Source: Mustelus asterias (Eukaryota). From it: a stretch of DNA of 64,000 nucleotides. The position numbers and the translations under genes were made by a program. The stretch lies in contig NC_135808.1 in the NCBI RefSeq assembly GCF_964213995.1, positions 50,654,001-50,718,000 of the forward strand, written 5' to 3'. Each line of letters opens with the position of its first letter. Position 1 is the stretch's first letter. The notes below the pieces were generated by a model. That model was not told where the DNA came from. It did no database searches and was given only the letters and a program-made list of their open reading frames with translations. This document shows, piece after piece, positions 1 through 11,427 of this stretch.

Positions 1-1272
1 GAGGTCGTGCCTGACAAACCTGTTAGAGTTCTTTGAAGAGATAACAAATAGGTTAGACCAAGGAGAGCCAATGGATGTTATCTATCTTGACTTCCAAAAG
101 GCCTTTGACAAGGTGCCTCACGGGAGACTGCTGAGTAAAATAAGGGCCCATGGTATTCGAGGCAAGGTACTAACATGGATTGATGATTGGCTGTCAGACA
201 GAAGGCAGAGAGTTGGGATAAAAGGTTCTTTCTCAGAATGGCAACCGGTGACAAGTGGTGTCCCGCAGGGTTCAGTGTTGGGGCCACAGCTGTTCTCTTT
301 ATATATTAACGATCTAGATGACGGGACTGGGGGCATTCTGGCCAAGTTTGCCGATGATACAAAGATAGGTGGAGGGGCAGGTAGTATTGAGGAGGTGGGG
401 AGGCTGCAGAAAGATTTAGACAGTTTAGGAGAGTGGTCCAAGAAGTGCCTGATGAAATTCAACGTGGGCAAGTGCGAGGTCGTGCACTTTGGAAAAAAGA
501 ATAGAGGCATGGACTATTTTCTAAAGGGTGACAAAATTCATAATGCTAAAGTGCAAAGGGACTTGGGAGTCCTAGTCCAGGATTCTCTAAAGGTAAACTT
601 GCAGGTTGAGTCCGTAATTAAGAAAGCAAATGTAATGTTGTCATTTATCTCAAGAGGCTTGGAATACAAAAGCAGGGATGTACTTCTGAGGCTTTATAAA
701 GCACTGGTTAGGCCCCATTTGGAGTACTGTGAGCAATTTTGGGCCCCACACCTCAGGAAGGACATACTGGCACTGGAGCGGGTCCAGCGGAGATTCGCAC
801 GGATGATCCCAGGAATGGTAGGCCTGACATACGATGAACGTCTGAGGATCGTGGGATTATATTCATTGGAGTTTAGGAGGTTGAGGGGAGATCTGATAGA
901 AACTTACAAGATAATGAACGGCTTAGATAGGATGGACGTAGGGAAGTTGTTTCCATTAGCAGGGGAGACTAGGACGCGGGGGCACAGCCTTAGAATAAAA
1001 GGGAGTCACTTTAGAACAGAGATGAGGAGAAATTTCTTCAGCCAGAGAGTGGTAGGTCTGTGGAATTCATTGCCACAGAGGGCTGTGGAGGCCGAGACGT
1101 TGAGCGTCTTCAAGACAGAAATTGATAAATTCTTGATTTCTCGAGGAATTAAGGGCTATGGGGAGAGAGCGGGTAAATGGAGTTGAAATCAACCATGATT
1201 GAATGGTGGAGTGGACTCGATGGGCCGAATGGCCTTACTTCCGCTCCTATGTCTTATGGTCTTATGGTCTTA
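1..1272 (+). mobile_element. CR1 LINE, 3' part of ORF2 (RT) and tail
   Basis: ORF 71-1186 with YLDFQKAFDKV, GVPQGSVLGP, KFADD, LVRPHLEY; tandem TCTTATGG tail. Confidence 0.95.
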
Positions 1273-2789
1273 TGGAAAGCTCACACACACAAATTCTTCA
1301 TTGTACACAAACACACACAAATAGAAAGATATGTATATTTCCATTCTGATAACAATTATATGAACAACATTAAACTTTCAGACTCAAAACAAAGCTACAA
1401 GTAGTAGTGGAGGGGGTGGGAGGAATCTTGGAGACTTCCACCGACAGGAACAATCTAAACAGCCGAAGCTCCCATTTCCTCAGTCCCTGCCTGTCACTGC
1501 TCAAGGACGCCCCGAGGGGAACCCTCTCGGTCTGTCACTCACTTGCCCTCTCTCATGCTCTCGCTCCCTCTCTCTCTCTCTCTGTGTCTCTCACGATCTC
1601 TCTCTCTCTCTCCTGGATGAAAGCTTTAGCGATTTGCAGCAAATGAATTCATTTTCACCTTTTTAATTGTTTGAAACAATTCAGTGAGTGACATTTTGAG
1701 TCCCCAATCTAAATTTTTCCCTCTCACTCACTACACTTGACACCAGGAAACGGTTAATACCATTTTACTGCACTATGTCTCTCACTACACCTGTCACTAG
1801 GAAACGGTCAATACTGTTTTACTGCACTGTGTCTTCTCACTGCACCTGAAGTGGGGTGAATGAAATGATTTTACTGAGATTGAAGTTAAAACATTCATTA
1901 TTAGCTAGAGAATGGACAAATGTAGAGATGAAGGCATGATGGGAAATTGAGCCAATGTTATTGGAATGAACAAGGTCACTGAATCTTCAAATCCCAGCCC
2001 AGCCCTTCAGGGATGAGATCAGGAAACACTTCGTCACTTGGAGACTGGTGGAAATCTGGAACTTTCTCCCTGAAAAAAAGCTGTTGAGGCTGCGGGGGAG
2101 CCAATTGAAAATGTTCAAACTGAGCTTCCTCCATCTGTCTCTACTATCCCCAAGTCTTTGCCTCTTCGCTCCCTGTTTGTGAAAACTCTCCTGTGTAGTC
2201 AGCTCATTCCGATTCCCGGGGGACGAGGCTGGTCTTTGTGATGTGGAGGATATGGGGGGTCAGATCGGGGTCAAAGATGAGGCCAATGTTGTAGAGAGTC
2301 TGGTTGAGCAGCAGACAGTGCTCAGGGGGAGGGATGGAGTTTGTATCGGGAGCTGAAGACCAATGGCTTTGAACTTCCCAATGTGTTTCCCAGTGAGCCT
2401 GGCTCCTCAGTCCTGACTGCTCTGAGCTGCTGTTCTTTTCACTGATTGGACAGTTATTGTTAGAGATTCAGACCACAGCACAAATCCCCAGTGTCAAAAA
2501 TAACTGCAAAGACTGTCAGATCGGAAGATTGAAACGTAACCAACAGAGGAAGTGAAAGAAGGAGCTCAGAGCAGCTGGATGTTTGTTACTGAGACGGGAG
2601 AAAATGGTGAACCATGTCCACTACCTCCAATCTCCCAGCACAGAAGGCACAGTGGGATACAGTCAGGAGGGAGTTATCCTGGGAATCCTCAACAACAATT
2701 CCAGACTCCATGTAGTCTCTCAGTACATGTCAAACATGGACAAGGAAACTAAATAGCGTAACCCCCTCAGCTGATGAATCAGTTCTCCT

Positions 2790-5150
2790 CCATGTTGAAC
2801 AGCACTTGGAGGAAGCACTGAGGGTGGCAAGGACACAGAGTGTACTCTGGGTGGGGACTTCAATGTCCATCACCAAGAGTTACTCGGTAGCACCACCACA
2901 CACCGAGCTGGCCGGGTCCTAAAGGACATAGCTGCTAGACTGGGACTGCAGCAGGTGGTGAGGGAACCAACAAGAGGGAGAAACATACTCGACCTCATCC
3001 TCACCAACCTGCCTGCCGCAGATGCATCTGTCCATGACAGTATCGGTAGGAGTGACCACTGCACAGTCCTTGTGGAGATAAAATCCCATCTTCACATTGA
3101 GGGTACCCTCCATCGTGTTGTGTGGCACTGCCACCGTGCTAAATGGGATAGATTTCAAACAGATCTAGCAACTCAAAACTGGCATCCATGAGGCACTGTG
3201 GGCCATCGGCAGCAGCAGAATTGTACTCAACCACAATCTGTAACCTCATGGCCCGGCATATCCCCCACTCTACCATTACCACCCAGCCTGGGGATCAACC
3301 CTGGTTCAATGAAGAGTGCAGGAGGGCATGGCAGGAGCAACAACAGATGTACTGAAAAATGAGGTGTTAACCTGGTGAAGCTACAACACAGGACTGTGTG
3401 TCAAACAGCAGAAGCAGCAAGTGATAGGCAGAGCTAAACCATCCCACAACCAATGGATCAGATCTAAGCTCTGCAGTCCTGCCACATCCAGCCGTGAATG
3501 GTGGTGGACAATTAAACAACTCACTGGAGGAGGAGGCTCCACAAATATCCCCATCCTTAATGATGGTGGAACCCAGCACATTAGTGGAAAAGATAAGGCT
3601 GATACTGCAATGACTCTGGGTCCCGATAATAATCCAGCAATAGTCCTGAAGACTTGTGCTCCAGAACTTCCCTTGCTCCTAGCCAAGCTGTTCCAGTACA
3701 GCTACAACACTGGCATCTACCCGGCAATGTGGAAAATTGTACAGGTATGATCTGTATACCAAAAAACAGGACAAATCTATTCTGGCCAATTCCCGCCCCA
3801 TCAGTCTACTCTGCATCATCAGCAAAGAGATTGATAGAACTGTCGATGACACATTCTAACAGCTGTAATCAGCAATAACCTGCTCACTGACACTCAGTCT
3901 GGGTTCCACCAGGTTCACTCAGCTCCTGACCTCATTACAGCCTTGGTTCAAACATGGACAAAAGAGCTGAACCCCAGAGGTGAGGTGAGAGTGACTGCCC
4001 TTGACATCAAGGCAGCATTTGACCGAGTGTGGCATCAAGGAGCCCTCGCAAAACTGGAGTCAATGGGAATCAGGGGGAAACTCTCCACTGGTTGGAGTCA
4101 CACCCAGCACAATGGTAGATGGTTGTGGTTCTAGGATTTCAATCTGAGATTGCCCCAGGACATCACTGCAGGAGTTCCTCAGGGTAGTGTCCTCAGCCCA
4201 ACCATCTTCAGCTGCTTCATCAATGACCTTCCCTCCATCATAAGGTCAGAAATGGGGATGTTCGCTGATGACTGCACAATGTTCAGCACCATTCACAACT
4301 CCTCAGATCCTGAAGCAGTCTATGTCCAAATGCAGCAAGATCTGGACAATATCCAGGCTTGGGGTGACAAGTGGAAAGTAACAATCACACCTCGCAAGTG
4401 CCAGGCAAGGACCATCTCCAACAAGAGAGAATTTTAACATCTCCCCTTGACATTAACTGTCATTACCATCGCTGAATTCCCCCACTATTAACATCCTGGT
4501 TGTTATGATTGACCAAAAACTGAACAGGAAAAGCCATATAAATACTGTGGTTACAAGAGCAGGTGAGTAGTTAAGAATACTGTGGAGAGTAACTCACCTC
4601 ATGGCTCCCCAAAGCCTGCCCACCATCTACAGAGCACAAGTCAGGAGTGTGATGGAATACTCTCGACTTCCCAGGATGAGTGCAGCTCCAACAACACTCA
4701 AGAAGCTCAACATCATTCAGGACAAAGCAGCCTCGCTTGATTGATTCCCCTTCCACTAACATTCAATTCCTTCACCACTGTCGAACAGTGGCAGCCGTGT
4801 GTACCATCTACAAGATGCCCTGCATGAACTCACCAAGGTTCCTGAGGCAGCACCTTCCAAACCCACAACCACTACTAACTGGAAAGATGCAGATCACTGG
4901 GAACACAACCACCCGGAGATTCCCCTCCAAGTCCCTCACCATCCTGACTTGGAAATATAGTGCCATTCCTTCACTGTCGCTGGGTCAAAATCCTGGAACT
5001 GCCTCCCTAACAGCACTGTGGTTGTGCCTACACCTCATGGACTGCAGCGGTTCAAGAAGGCAGCTCACCACCATCTCCTCAGGGCAATTAAGGATGGGCA
5101 ATAAATGCTGGTGTAGCCAGTGACACCAACTTCCCGTGAATGAATAAATT
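2790..5150 (+). mobile_element. Degenerate APE-RT non-LTR retrotransposon (L2/Jockey-group-like, distinct from the CR1s)
   Basis: GDFNVHH and LDLILTN...GRSDH endonuclease motifs; LDIKAAFDRVWH, GVPQGSVL, FADD; frameshifted; TGAATGAATAAA tail. Confidence 0.85.
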
Positions 5151-5639
5151 ATTAAAAAGTTCTACAATGTCTCATTCTGTGTGTTGAACTCTGGAACCTG
5201 TCGGCAGGATATTTGACTGCAGGAGCCTTCACCAGTGTCCAATTCTCACCCCAACCGAAATCCACACAGAACCTGAATTTATATAGCACCTTCGTGTACA
5301 ACACAGCCCAAGATGTGTCACAGAGCGGCAGTAAGGAACGGGGGTGGGAGAGGGTGGGGGTGGAGGAACGTGAAGAGGAGAGATTGAAGACTTGGGTGAA
5401 AGGATGGAGCTTGATGGGGAGAGAGGCTTGGAGAGGGGGAGGGATTAGGGGTGGGAGGTCAGAGTGCAGGGCCTGGATGTCTGAAGGCTCTGCAGTCAAT
5501 GGTGGGATGAAGGAAGCAGCGATGGGCAGGAGAGCAGAGTCAGAAGATGGAAGGTGAGGGAGGGAATGTGAGTCTGCAGAGGTAGGGAGGAGTGAGGCCA
5601 TGGAGGGAATTGGAGGGCAGTGAGGTCAGGGGTAACAGG

Positions 5640-5965
5640 AGAGATTAAGTTAGTTAGGATTATATTCACTGAAGTTTGAGGATAAAGGGTAAACCTTTTA
5701 GAACTGAGGTGAGGAGAAATTTCTTCACCCAGAGGGTGGAGAATGTGTGGAATGCACTTTGACAGAATGGGGTTGAGGCCAAAACTTTGTCTGATTTCAA
5801 GAAGAAATTAGATATAGCTCTTGGGGCTAAAGGGATCAAGGGATATGAGAGGAAGGGGCCGGATCAGGATATTAAATTCGATGATCAGTCATGATCAAAA
5901 TGAATGGTGGAGAAGGCTTGAAGGGCCGAATGGCCTACTCTTGCTTCAAGATTCTATATTCCTAT
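5640..5965 (+). mobile_element. CR1 3' fragment, cluster 1 arm only
   Basis: FRTEVRRNFFTQRV-like C-terminus plus 3' UTR; absent at the paralogous site near 53550. Confidence 0.8.
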
Positions 5966-6280
5966 GTCACTGAGGTCAAGGGTAACATGTCAGTGAGGTC
6001 AGGGGTGATGGGTCAGTGAGGTCAGAGGTAGTGTTGGAACGACACTTGGTGTGAGACAGGATCCAGACTCACTGCGTTTGGGACAAGTTCGGGTTTATGG
6101 AGTGTAGATGAAGGGAGCCGGGAGAGGATATCGGAATAATAGAGTTAGGAGGAGTGAGAAGCAGGGATAAGAGTCTCTGCGCTCATGGGGCTGATGTAGT
6201 GTAGAGACGGACAATGTTGTAGAGATGGAAATAAGAGGCCTACGTGATGGATAGGATGTGGAGTTTGAAGCTCAGCTACT

Positions 6281-6428
6281 GGAAGCTACAGTGGGAAGGA
6301 GGCCCATGTCTACTGGTCCCTATTGGAGGCTCCAGTGGGGAGGAAGCCCATGTTTACTGGTCCCTATTGGAGGCTCCAGTGGGAAGGAGGCCCATGTTTA
6401 CTGGTCCCTATTGGAGGGTCCAGTGGGA
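6281..6428 (+). repeat. 44-bp minisatellite, ~3 copies
   Basis: GGAGGCTCCAGTGGGAAGGAGGCCCATGTTTACTGGTCCCTATT units. Confidence 0.9.
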
Positions 6429-6724
6429 CATGGACACCATGGTGGATGTGGAGCAGTTTCTTTATGTTATAAATGTGTGATTGTTCACTTTTGAGGAAGT
6501 CACAAAGTGGGTGAAGGGAACTTGTAGATGTGATATATAGGGAATTCCAAAAGGTATTTGATAAATTGCCACATCAAATCTTGCTACACAAGATACGAGC
6601 TGATGGTGTGTGGGTAACATATTAGCATTAAAAGAGGATTGGTTAGCGAACAGAGACCAGAGAGAGGGGTAAATGATTGTTTTGGGGTTGGGAAGTTGTA
6701 ATTAGTGGAATTCTGGAACAATCA

Positions 6725-8319
6725 AAGAACAAAGAACAAAGAACAAAGAACAATACAGCACAGGAACAGGCCCTTCGGCCCTCCAAGCCCGCGCCGCTCC
6801 CCGGTCCAGGATTGAATCCTGAATCCAGGATCCCCGCCCAATTTTCCAGCCTATCTACATACCAATATCCTATCCACCGAGCTGTCCCTCACAGCTACGA
6901 TGCTTTGTTCATTACAACCTATTAACTTACCCCCACCCCCCCATTCCAGACCATGTGATCTCCAGGGAGAGGCGAAAACCCAGAGTGAAAAACCCCAGGG
7001 CCAATATGGGGAAAAGAAAATCTGGGAAATTCCTCTCCGACCCCCTGAGGCGATCGAAACGAGTCCTGGAGATCACAATGGCCCCGATCGGAAAATGCTT
7101 CCCAACCCTAGTCATTTCCACTTCCACGAACACCATATGAATCCCCTGCCCCCGAGACAGGTTCCCAACTATCCGCAGTCTCACTCTGTACTGGCACCAG
7201 TAAGATGATCGTAGAATGAAGCCTTGAAACGAGAAACCAGGAACAATTAGCCCGCGCCGCTCCCTGGTCCAAACTAGATCACTCTTTTGTATCCCTCCAT
7301 TCCCACTCCGTTCATATAGCTGTCTAGATAAACGTTCCCAGTGTGTCCGCCTCCACCACCTTGCCCGGCAACACATTCCAGGCCCCCACGACCCTCTGTG
7401 TGAAATATGTCCTTCTGATATCTGTGTTAAACCTCCCCCCCTTCACCTTGAACCTATGACCCCTCGTGAACGTCACCACCGACCCGGGGAAAAGCTTCCC
7501 ACCGTTCACCCTATCTATGCCTTTCATAATTTTATACACCTCTATTAAGTCTCCCCTCATCCTCCGTCTTTCCAAGGAGAACAACCCCAGTTTCCCCAAT
7601 CTCTCCTCATAACCAAGCCCCTCCATACCAGGCAACATCCTGGTAAACCTCCTCTGTACTCTCTCCAAAGCCTCCACGTCCTTCTGGTAGTGTGGCGACC
7701 AGAACTGGACGCAGTATTCCAAATGCGGCCGAACCAACGTTCTATACATCTGCAACATCAGACCCCAACTTTTATACTCTATGCCCCGTCCTATAAAGGC
7801 AAGCATGCCATATGCCTTCTTCACCACCTTCTCCACCTGTGACGTCACCTTCAAAGATCTGTGGACTTGCACACCCAGGTCCCTCTGCGTCTCTACACCC
7901 TTTATGGTTCTTCCATTTATCGTGTAGCTCCTCCCTACATTATTCCCACCAAAATGCATCACTTCGCATTTATCAGGATTGAACTCCATCTGCCATTTCC
8001 TTGCCCAAATTTCCAGCCTATCTATATCCTTCTGTAGCCTCTGACAATGTTCCTCACTATCTGCAAGTCCTGCCAGTTTTGTGTCGTCCGCAAACTTACT
8101 GATCACCCCAGTTACTCCTTCTTCCAGATCATTTATATAAATCACAAACAGCAGAGGTCCCAATACAGAGCCCTGCGGTACACCACTAGTCACAGGCCTC
8201 CAGCCGGAAAAAGACCCTTCCACTACCACCCTCTGTCTTCTATGACCAAGCCAGTTCTCCACCCATCTAGCCACCTCCCCCTTTATCCCATGGGATCCAA
8301 CCTTTTTCACTAGCCTACC
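6725..8319 (-). mobile_element. 5'-truncated young CR1 with an extended 3' UTR, cluster 1 arm only
   Basis: RT ORF 7324-8409, (GTTCTTT)n tail, ATCA duplicated at 6721 and 8320, empty site GGAACAATCAGTGCTGG at ~51895-51912. Confidence 0.92.
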
Positions 8320-8323
8320 ATCA

Positions 8324-9060
8324 GTGCTGGGACCACAACTATTCACAATCCATATCAATGACTTGGATGAAGGGAGTGAATGGAGCTGATGTCCCAATGA
8401 CAGCAGCATGGTCAGTGCAGGCTTAGAGGGTCGAAGGGCCTGTTCCTGTGCTGTAATTTTCTTTGTTTTTTGACACTAAGATAGTTGGGGAAAGTAAGTT
8501 ATCAAGAGGAGATAGAGAGTCTGCAAACAGATGGAAACAAGGGAAGTGAGTGGCTAAACATTTGGAATATAACTGCGTAAATGTGAAGGTGTCCACTTTG
8601 GCAGGAAGAAGAGAACAGCAGTAAACTATTGAAATGGAGAGAGATTGCACAACTCGGTGCTACAGAGGGATCTGGCTGTCCTGGGACATGAATCACAACA
8701 AGTTAGTCTGCAGCTACAGCAAGTGATTAGGAAGACAAATGGAATATTGGTGTTTATTACAAGGAGAATGGAATATAAAAATAGGGAAGTTTTACTGCAG
8801 CTGTACAGTGTCTCGGTGAGACCACATCTGGAATACTGTACATTTTGGTCTCCTTATTTGAAAAAGGATATCATTGTGTTAGAAGCAGTTCAGAGAAGAT
8901 TCACTCGACACATTCCAGGGGTGAGGGGTTATCTTATGAAGAAAAGTTGGACAGGTTGGGCCTGAACCCATTGGAGTTTAGAAGAATGAGAGGTGATCTT
9001 ATTGAAACATATCAGATTGTGAGGGGACTGACAGAGTGGATACCAGGAGGGTGGTGCCTC
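8324..9060 (+). mobile_element. Old degenerate CR1 shared by both arms (also 6430-6720; mirror ~51215-52200)
   Basis: Frameshifted RT C-terminus (RPHLEYC, EAVQRRFTR). Confidence 0.8.
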
Positions 9061-9330
9061 TTCTGGGGCAGAGTGAGATGAGTGGACAGACGGATAGAAG
9101 TGCTGGAGAGAAAGTGATGGAGAAGGAGAGCTGAATTGAGGAAGGGAGAGGGAGAGAATGACAAGAGAGAAAGAATGAGTGAAGGAGAGGGCAAAGAAGG
9201 AGAATAAGACAGGAACAACAAGAGAGAGAGACCGAGAGAGGGGGATCAGAGAGAGGGGGAACAGAGAAGAGGGAATAGAGAGAGCGGGAGCAGAGACTGA
9301 GGGACAGAGACTGAGGGAGGGAGAGAGAAG

Positions 9331-9430
9331 AAGAGGAAGTGAAAGGTGCTGACGTGGTTTCTCTGGGTCAGACCATTTACAAACTGAGGAACAGGCAGTG
9401 AGACTCTGACAGGCTGCAGCTTTATAAAGC
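9331..9430 (+). promoter_or_regulatory. V promoter, cluster 1: EICE, CRE-like site, octamer-like site, TATA
   Basis: GGAAGTGAAA 9335-9344, TGACGT 9350-9355, ATTTACAA 9375-9382, TATAAA 9423-9428; all conserved in cluster 2. Confidence 0.7.
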
Positions 9431-9488
9431 AGAGCCCAGTGAAGGGAGAGTTTATCAGTAACCAGGCACAGGGACACGACCACACACC

Positions 9489-9537
9489 ATGATTTCAGCC
9501 ATCCAGCTGCTCTGGCCTCTGGCATTCTGCATCGCAG
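9489..9537 (+). CDS. Ig light chain leader exon L1, cluster 1 (MISAIQLLWPLAFCIA-G)
   Basis: ATG at 9489, hydrophobic signal peptide, phase-1 donor G|GTACA at 9537/9538, TATA box ~65 bp upstream; identical copy in cluster 2. Confidence 0.93.
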
Positions 9538-9723
9538 GTACAAATCTCTCTCCTTCCACCTTGAATATTTTCCTGCTCTCCATTTCAATCCAATTCTCCT
9601 GACTTGTGATTGAAGGGAAAATGCTGAAAGGAGAGGAACAGTCAGTGTCTCCAACAATATGTCATTGTACAGCGTCTTTCTGTGACAGTTCTTACTTCAC
9701 TCTGTTTCTCTATTACCCCTCAG

Positions 9724-10021
9724 GTATCAGTGGAGACATCATCATGACCCAGTCTCCCCCGGTGCTGTCAGTGAGCCTGGGCCAGACCGCCACCATCACC
9801 TGCACGGCCAGTCAATCTGTTAGCAGTTACGTGAGTTGGTATCAACAGCGAGAAGGACAGAAACCGGCTCTGCTGATCTATGCTGCATCAAGTCGATTCA
9901 CAGGAATATCCGACCGATTCACCGGCAGTGGATCTGGGACACAATACACCCTGACAATCAGCAATGTACAGAATGAGGATGTCGCTGATTATTACTGTCA
10001 GTACGGTTACAGCTCCTCCTA
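9724..10021 (+). CDS. IGKV: Ig kappa-type (type III/NS4-like) V exon, cluster 1
   Basis: Acceptor CCCCTCAG| at 9723; encodes [27 protein letters not shown]...WYQQ...LLIY...DVADYYC with canonical Cys/Trp/Cys; followed by a 12-RSS (kappa configuration); strongly resembles nurse shark NS4 as recalled, not searched. Confidence 0.95.
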
Positions 10022-10049
10022 CACAGTGATACAGAGCCTTACAAAAACC
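10022..10049 (+). promoter_or_regulatory. V recombination signal, 12-bp spacer (cluster 1)
   Basis: CACAGTG (10022-10028) + ATACAGAGCCTT (12 nt) + ACAAAAACC (10041-10049); perfect consensus. Confidence 0.98.
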
Positions 10050-10053
10050 CCAA

Positions 10054-10965
10054 CACACACAGCACCACCTCCTGTACTGACACATCCCACAGTTTTATAT
10101 AATATATAATAATGGACACACAGTCCCACCTCCTGTACTGACACATTCCACAGTTTTATATAATATATAATAATGGACACACAGTCCCACCTCCTGTACT
10201 GACACATCCCGCAGTTTTATATAATATATAATAATGGACACACAGCATCACCCCCTGTACTGACACATCCCACAGTTTAATATAATATATAATAATGGAC
10301 ACACAGTCCCACCTCCTGTACTGACACATCCCACAGTTTTATATAATATATAATAATGGACACACAGTCCCACCTCCTGTACTGACACATCCCACAGTTT
10401 TATATAATATATAATAATGGACACACAGTCCCACCTCCTGTACTGACACATCCCACAGTGTTATATAATATATAATAATGGACACACAGTCCCACCTCCT
10501 GTACTGACACATCCCACAGTTTTATATAATATATAATAATGGACACACAGTCCCACCTCCTGTACTGACACATCCCACAGTTTTATATAATATATAATAA
10601 TGGACACACAGTCCCACCTCCTGTACTGACACATCCCACAGTTTTATATAATATATAATAATGGACACACAGTCCCACCTCCTGTACTGACACATCCCAC
10701 AGTTTTATATAATATATAATAATGGACACACAGTCCCACCTCCTGTACTGACACATCCCACAGTTTTATATAATATATAATAATGGACACACAGTCCCAC
10801 CTCCTGTACTGACACATCCCACAGTTTTATATAATATATAATAATGGACACACAGTCCCACCTCCTGTACTGACACATCCCACAGTTTTATATAATATAT
10901 AATAATGGACACACAGTCCCACCTCCTGTACTGACACATCCCACAGTTTTATATAATATATAATA
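10054..10965 (+). repeat. 61-bp minisatellite, ~15 copies, in the V-J interval
   Basis: Unit ACACAGTCCCACCTCCTGTACTGACACATCCCACAGTTTTATATAATATATAATAATGGAC; CCTGTACTGA recurs every 61 bp from 10071 to 10925. Confidence 0.97.
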
Positions 10966-11143
10966 AAGACAAGAAAGGAAACTGGACAAATTATTTGCAC
11001 TGTCCACTACACACTCCAGTCCCTGTGGTGTCCACCGCTCGCTGAAGGCCTCGAGTTTCCCGCTTACTCTCCATGTCCACATATGAAGAGCAGCTGAAAG
11101 ATTCATCATCTCAAATTAGAATTCTCAACTCTCCCGACAAAAC

Positions 11144-11427
11144 NNNNNNNNNNNNNNNNNNNNNNNNNNNNNNNNNNNNNNNNNNNNNNNNNNNNNNNNN
11201 NNNNNNNNNNNNNNNNNNNNNNNNNNNNNNNNNNNNNNNNNNNNNNNNNNNNNNNNNNNNNNNNNNNNNNNNNNNNNNNNNNNNNNNNNNNNNNNNNNNN
11301 NNNNNNNNNNNNNNNNNNNNNNNNNNNNNNNNNNNNNNNNNNNNNNNNNNNNNNNNNNNNNNNNNNNNNNNNNNNNNNNNNNNNNNNNNNNNNNNNNNNN
11401 NNNNNNNNNNNNNNNNNNNNNNNNNNN
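11144..11427. other. Assembly gap (284 N)
   Basis: Run of N. Confidence 1.

Noticed and set aside
1720-1850. ~53-bp tandem duplication with CACTGTG at 1825 as a possible orphan RSS
   Set aside because: No nonamer at 12 or 23 nt and no adjacent FGxG J-like frame
8929-9657. 242-aa antisense ORF over the V promoter
   Set aside because: Mostly a (CT)-rich simple repeat; the paralog is truncated
9606-10109. ORF-track 167-aa V proteins (also 49072-49575) as full CDS
   Set aside because: They read through intron and RSS; the real structure is a spliced leader plus V exon
10054-10965. CRISPR-like array
   Set aside because: Head-to-tail identical units with no unique spacers, no cas genes, eukaryotic context; the same applies to the 44-bp and 23-bp arrays
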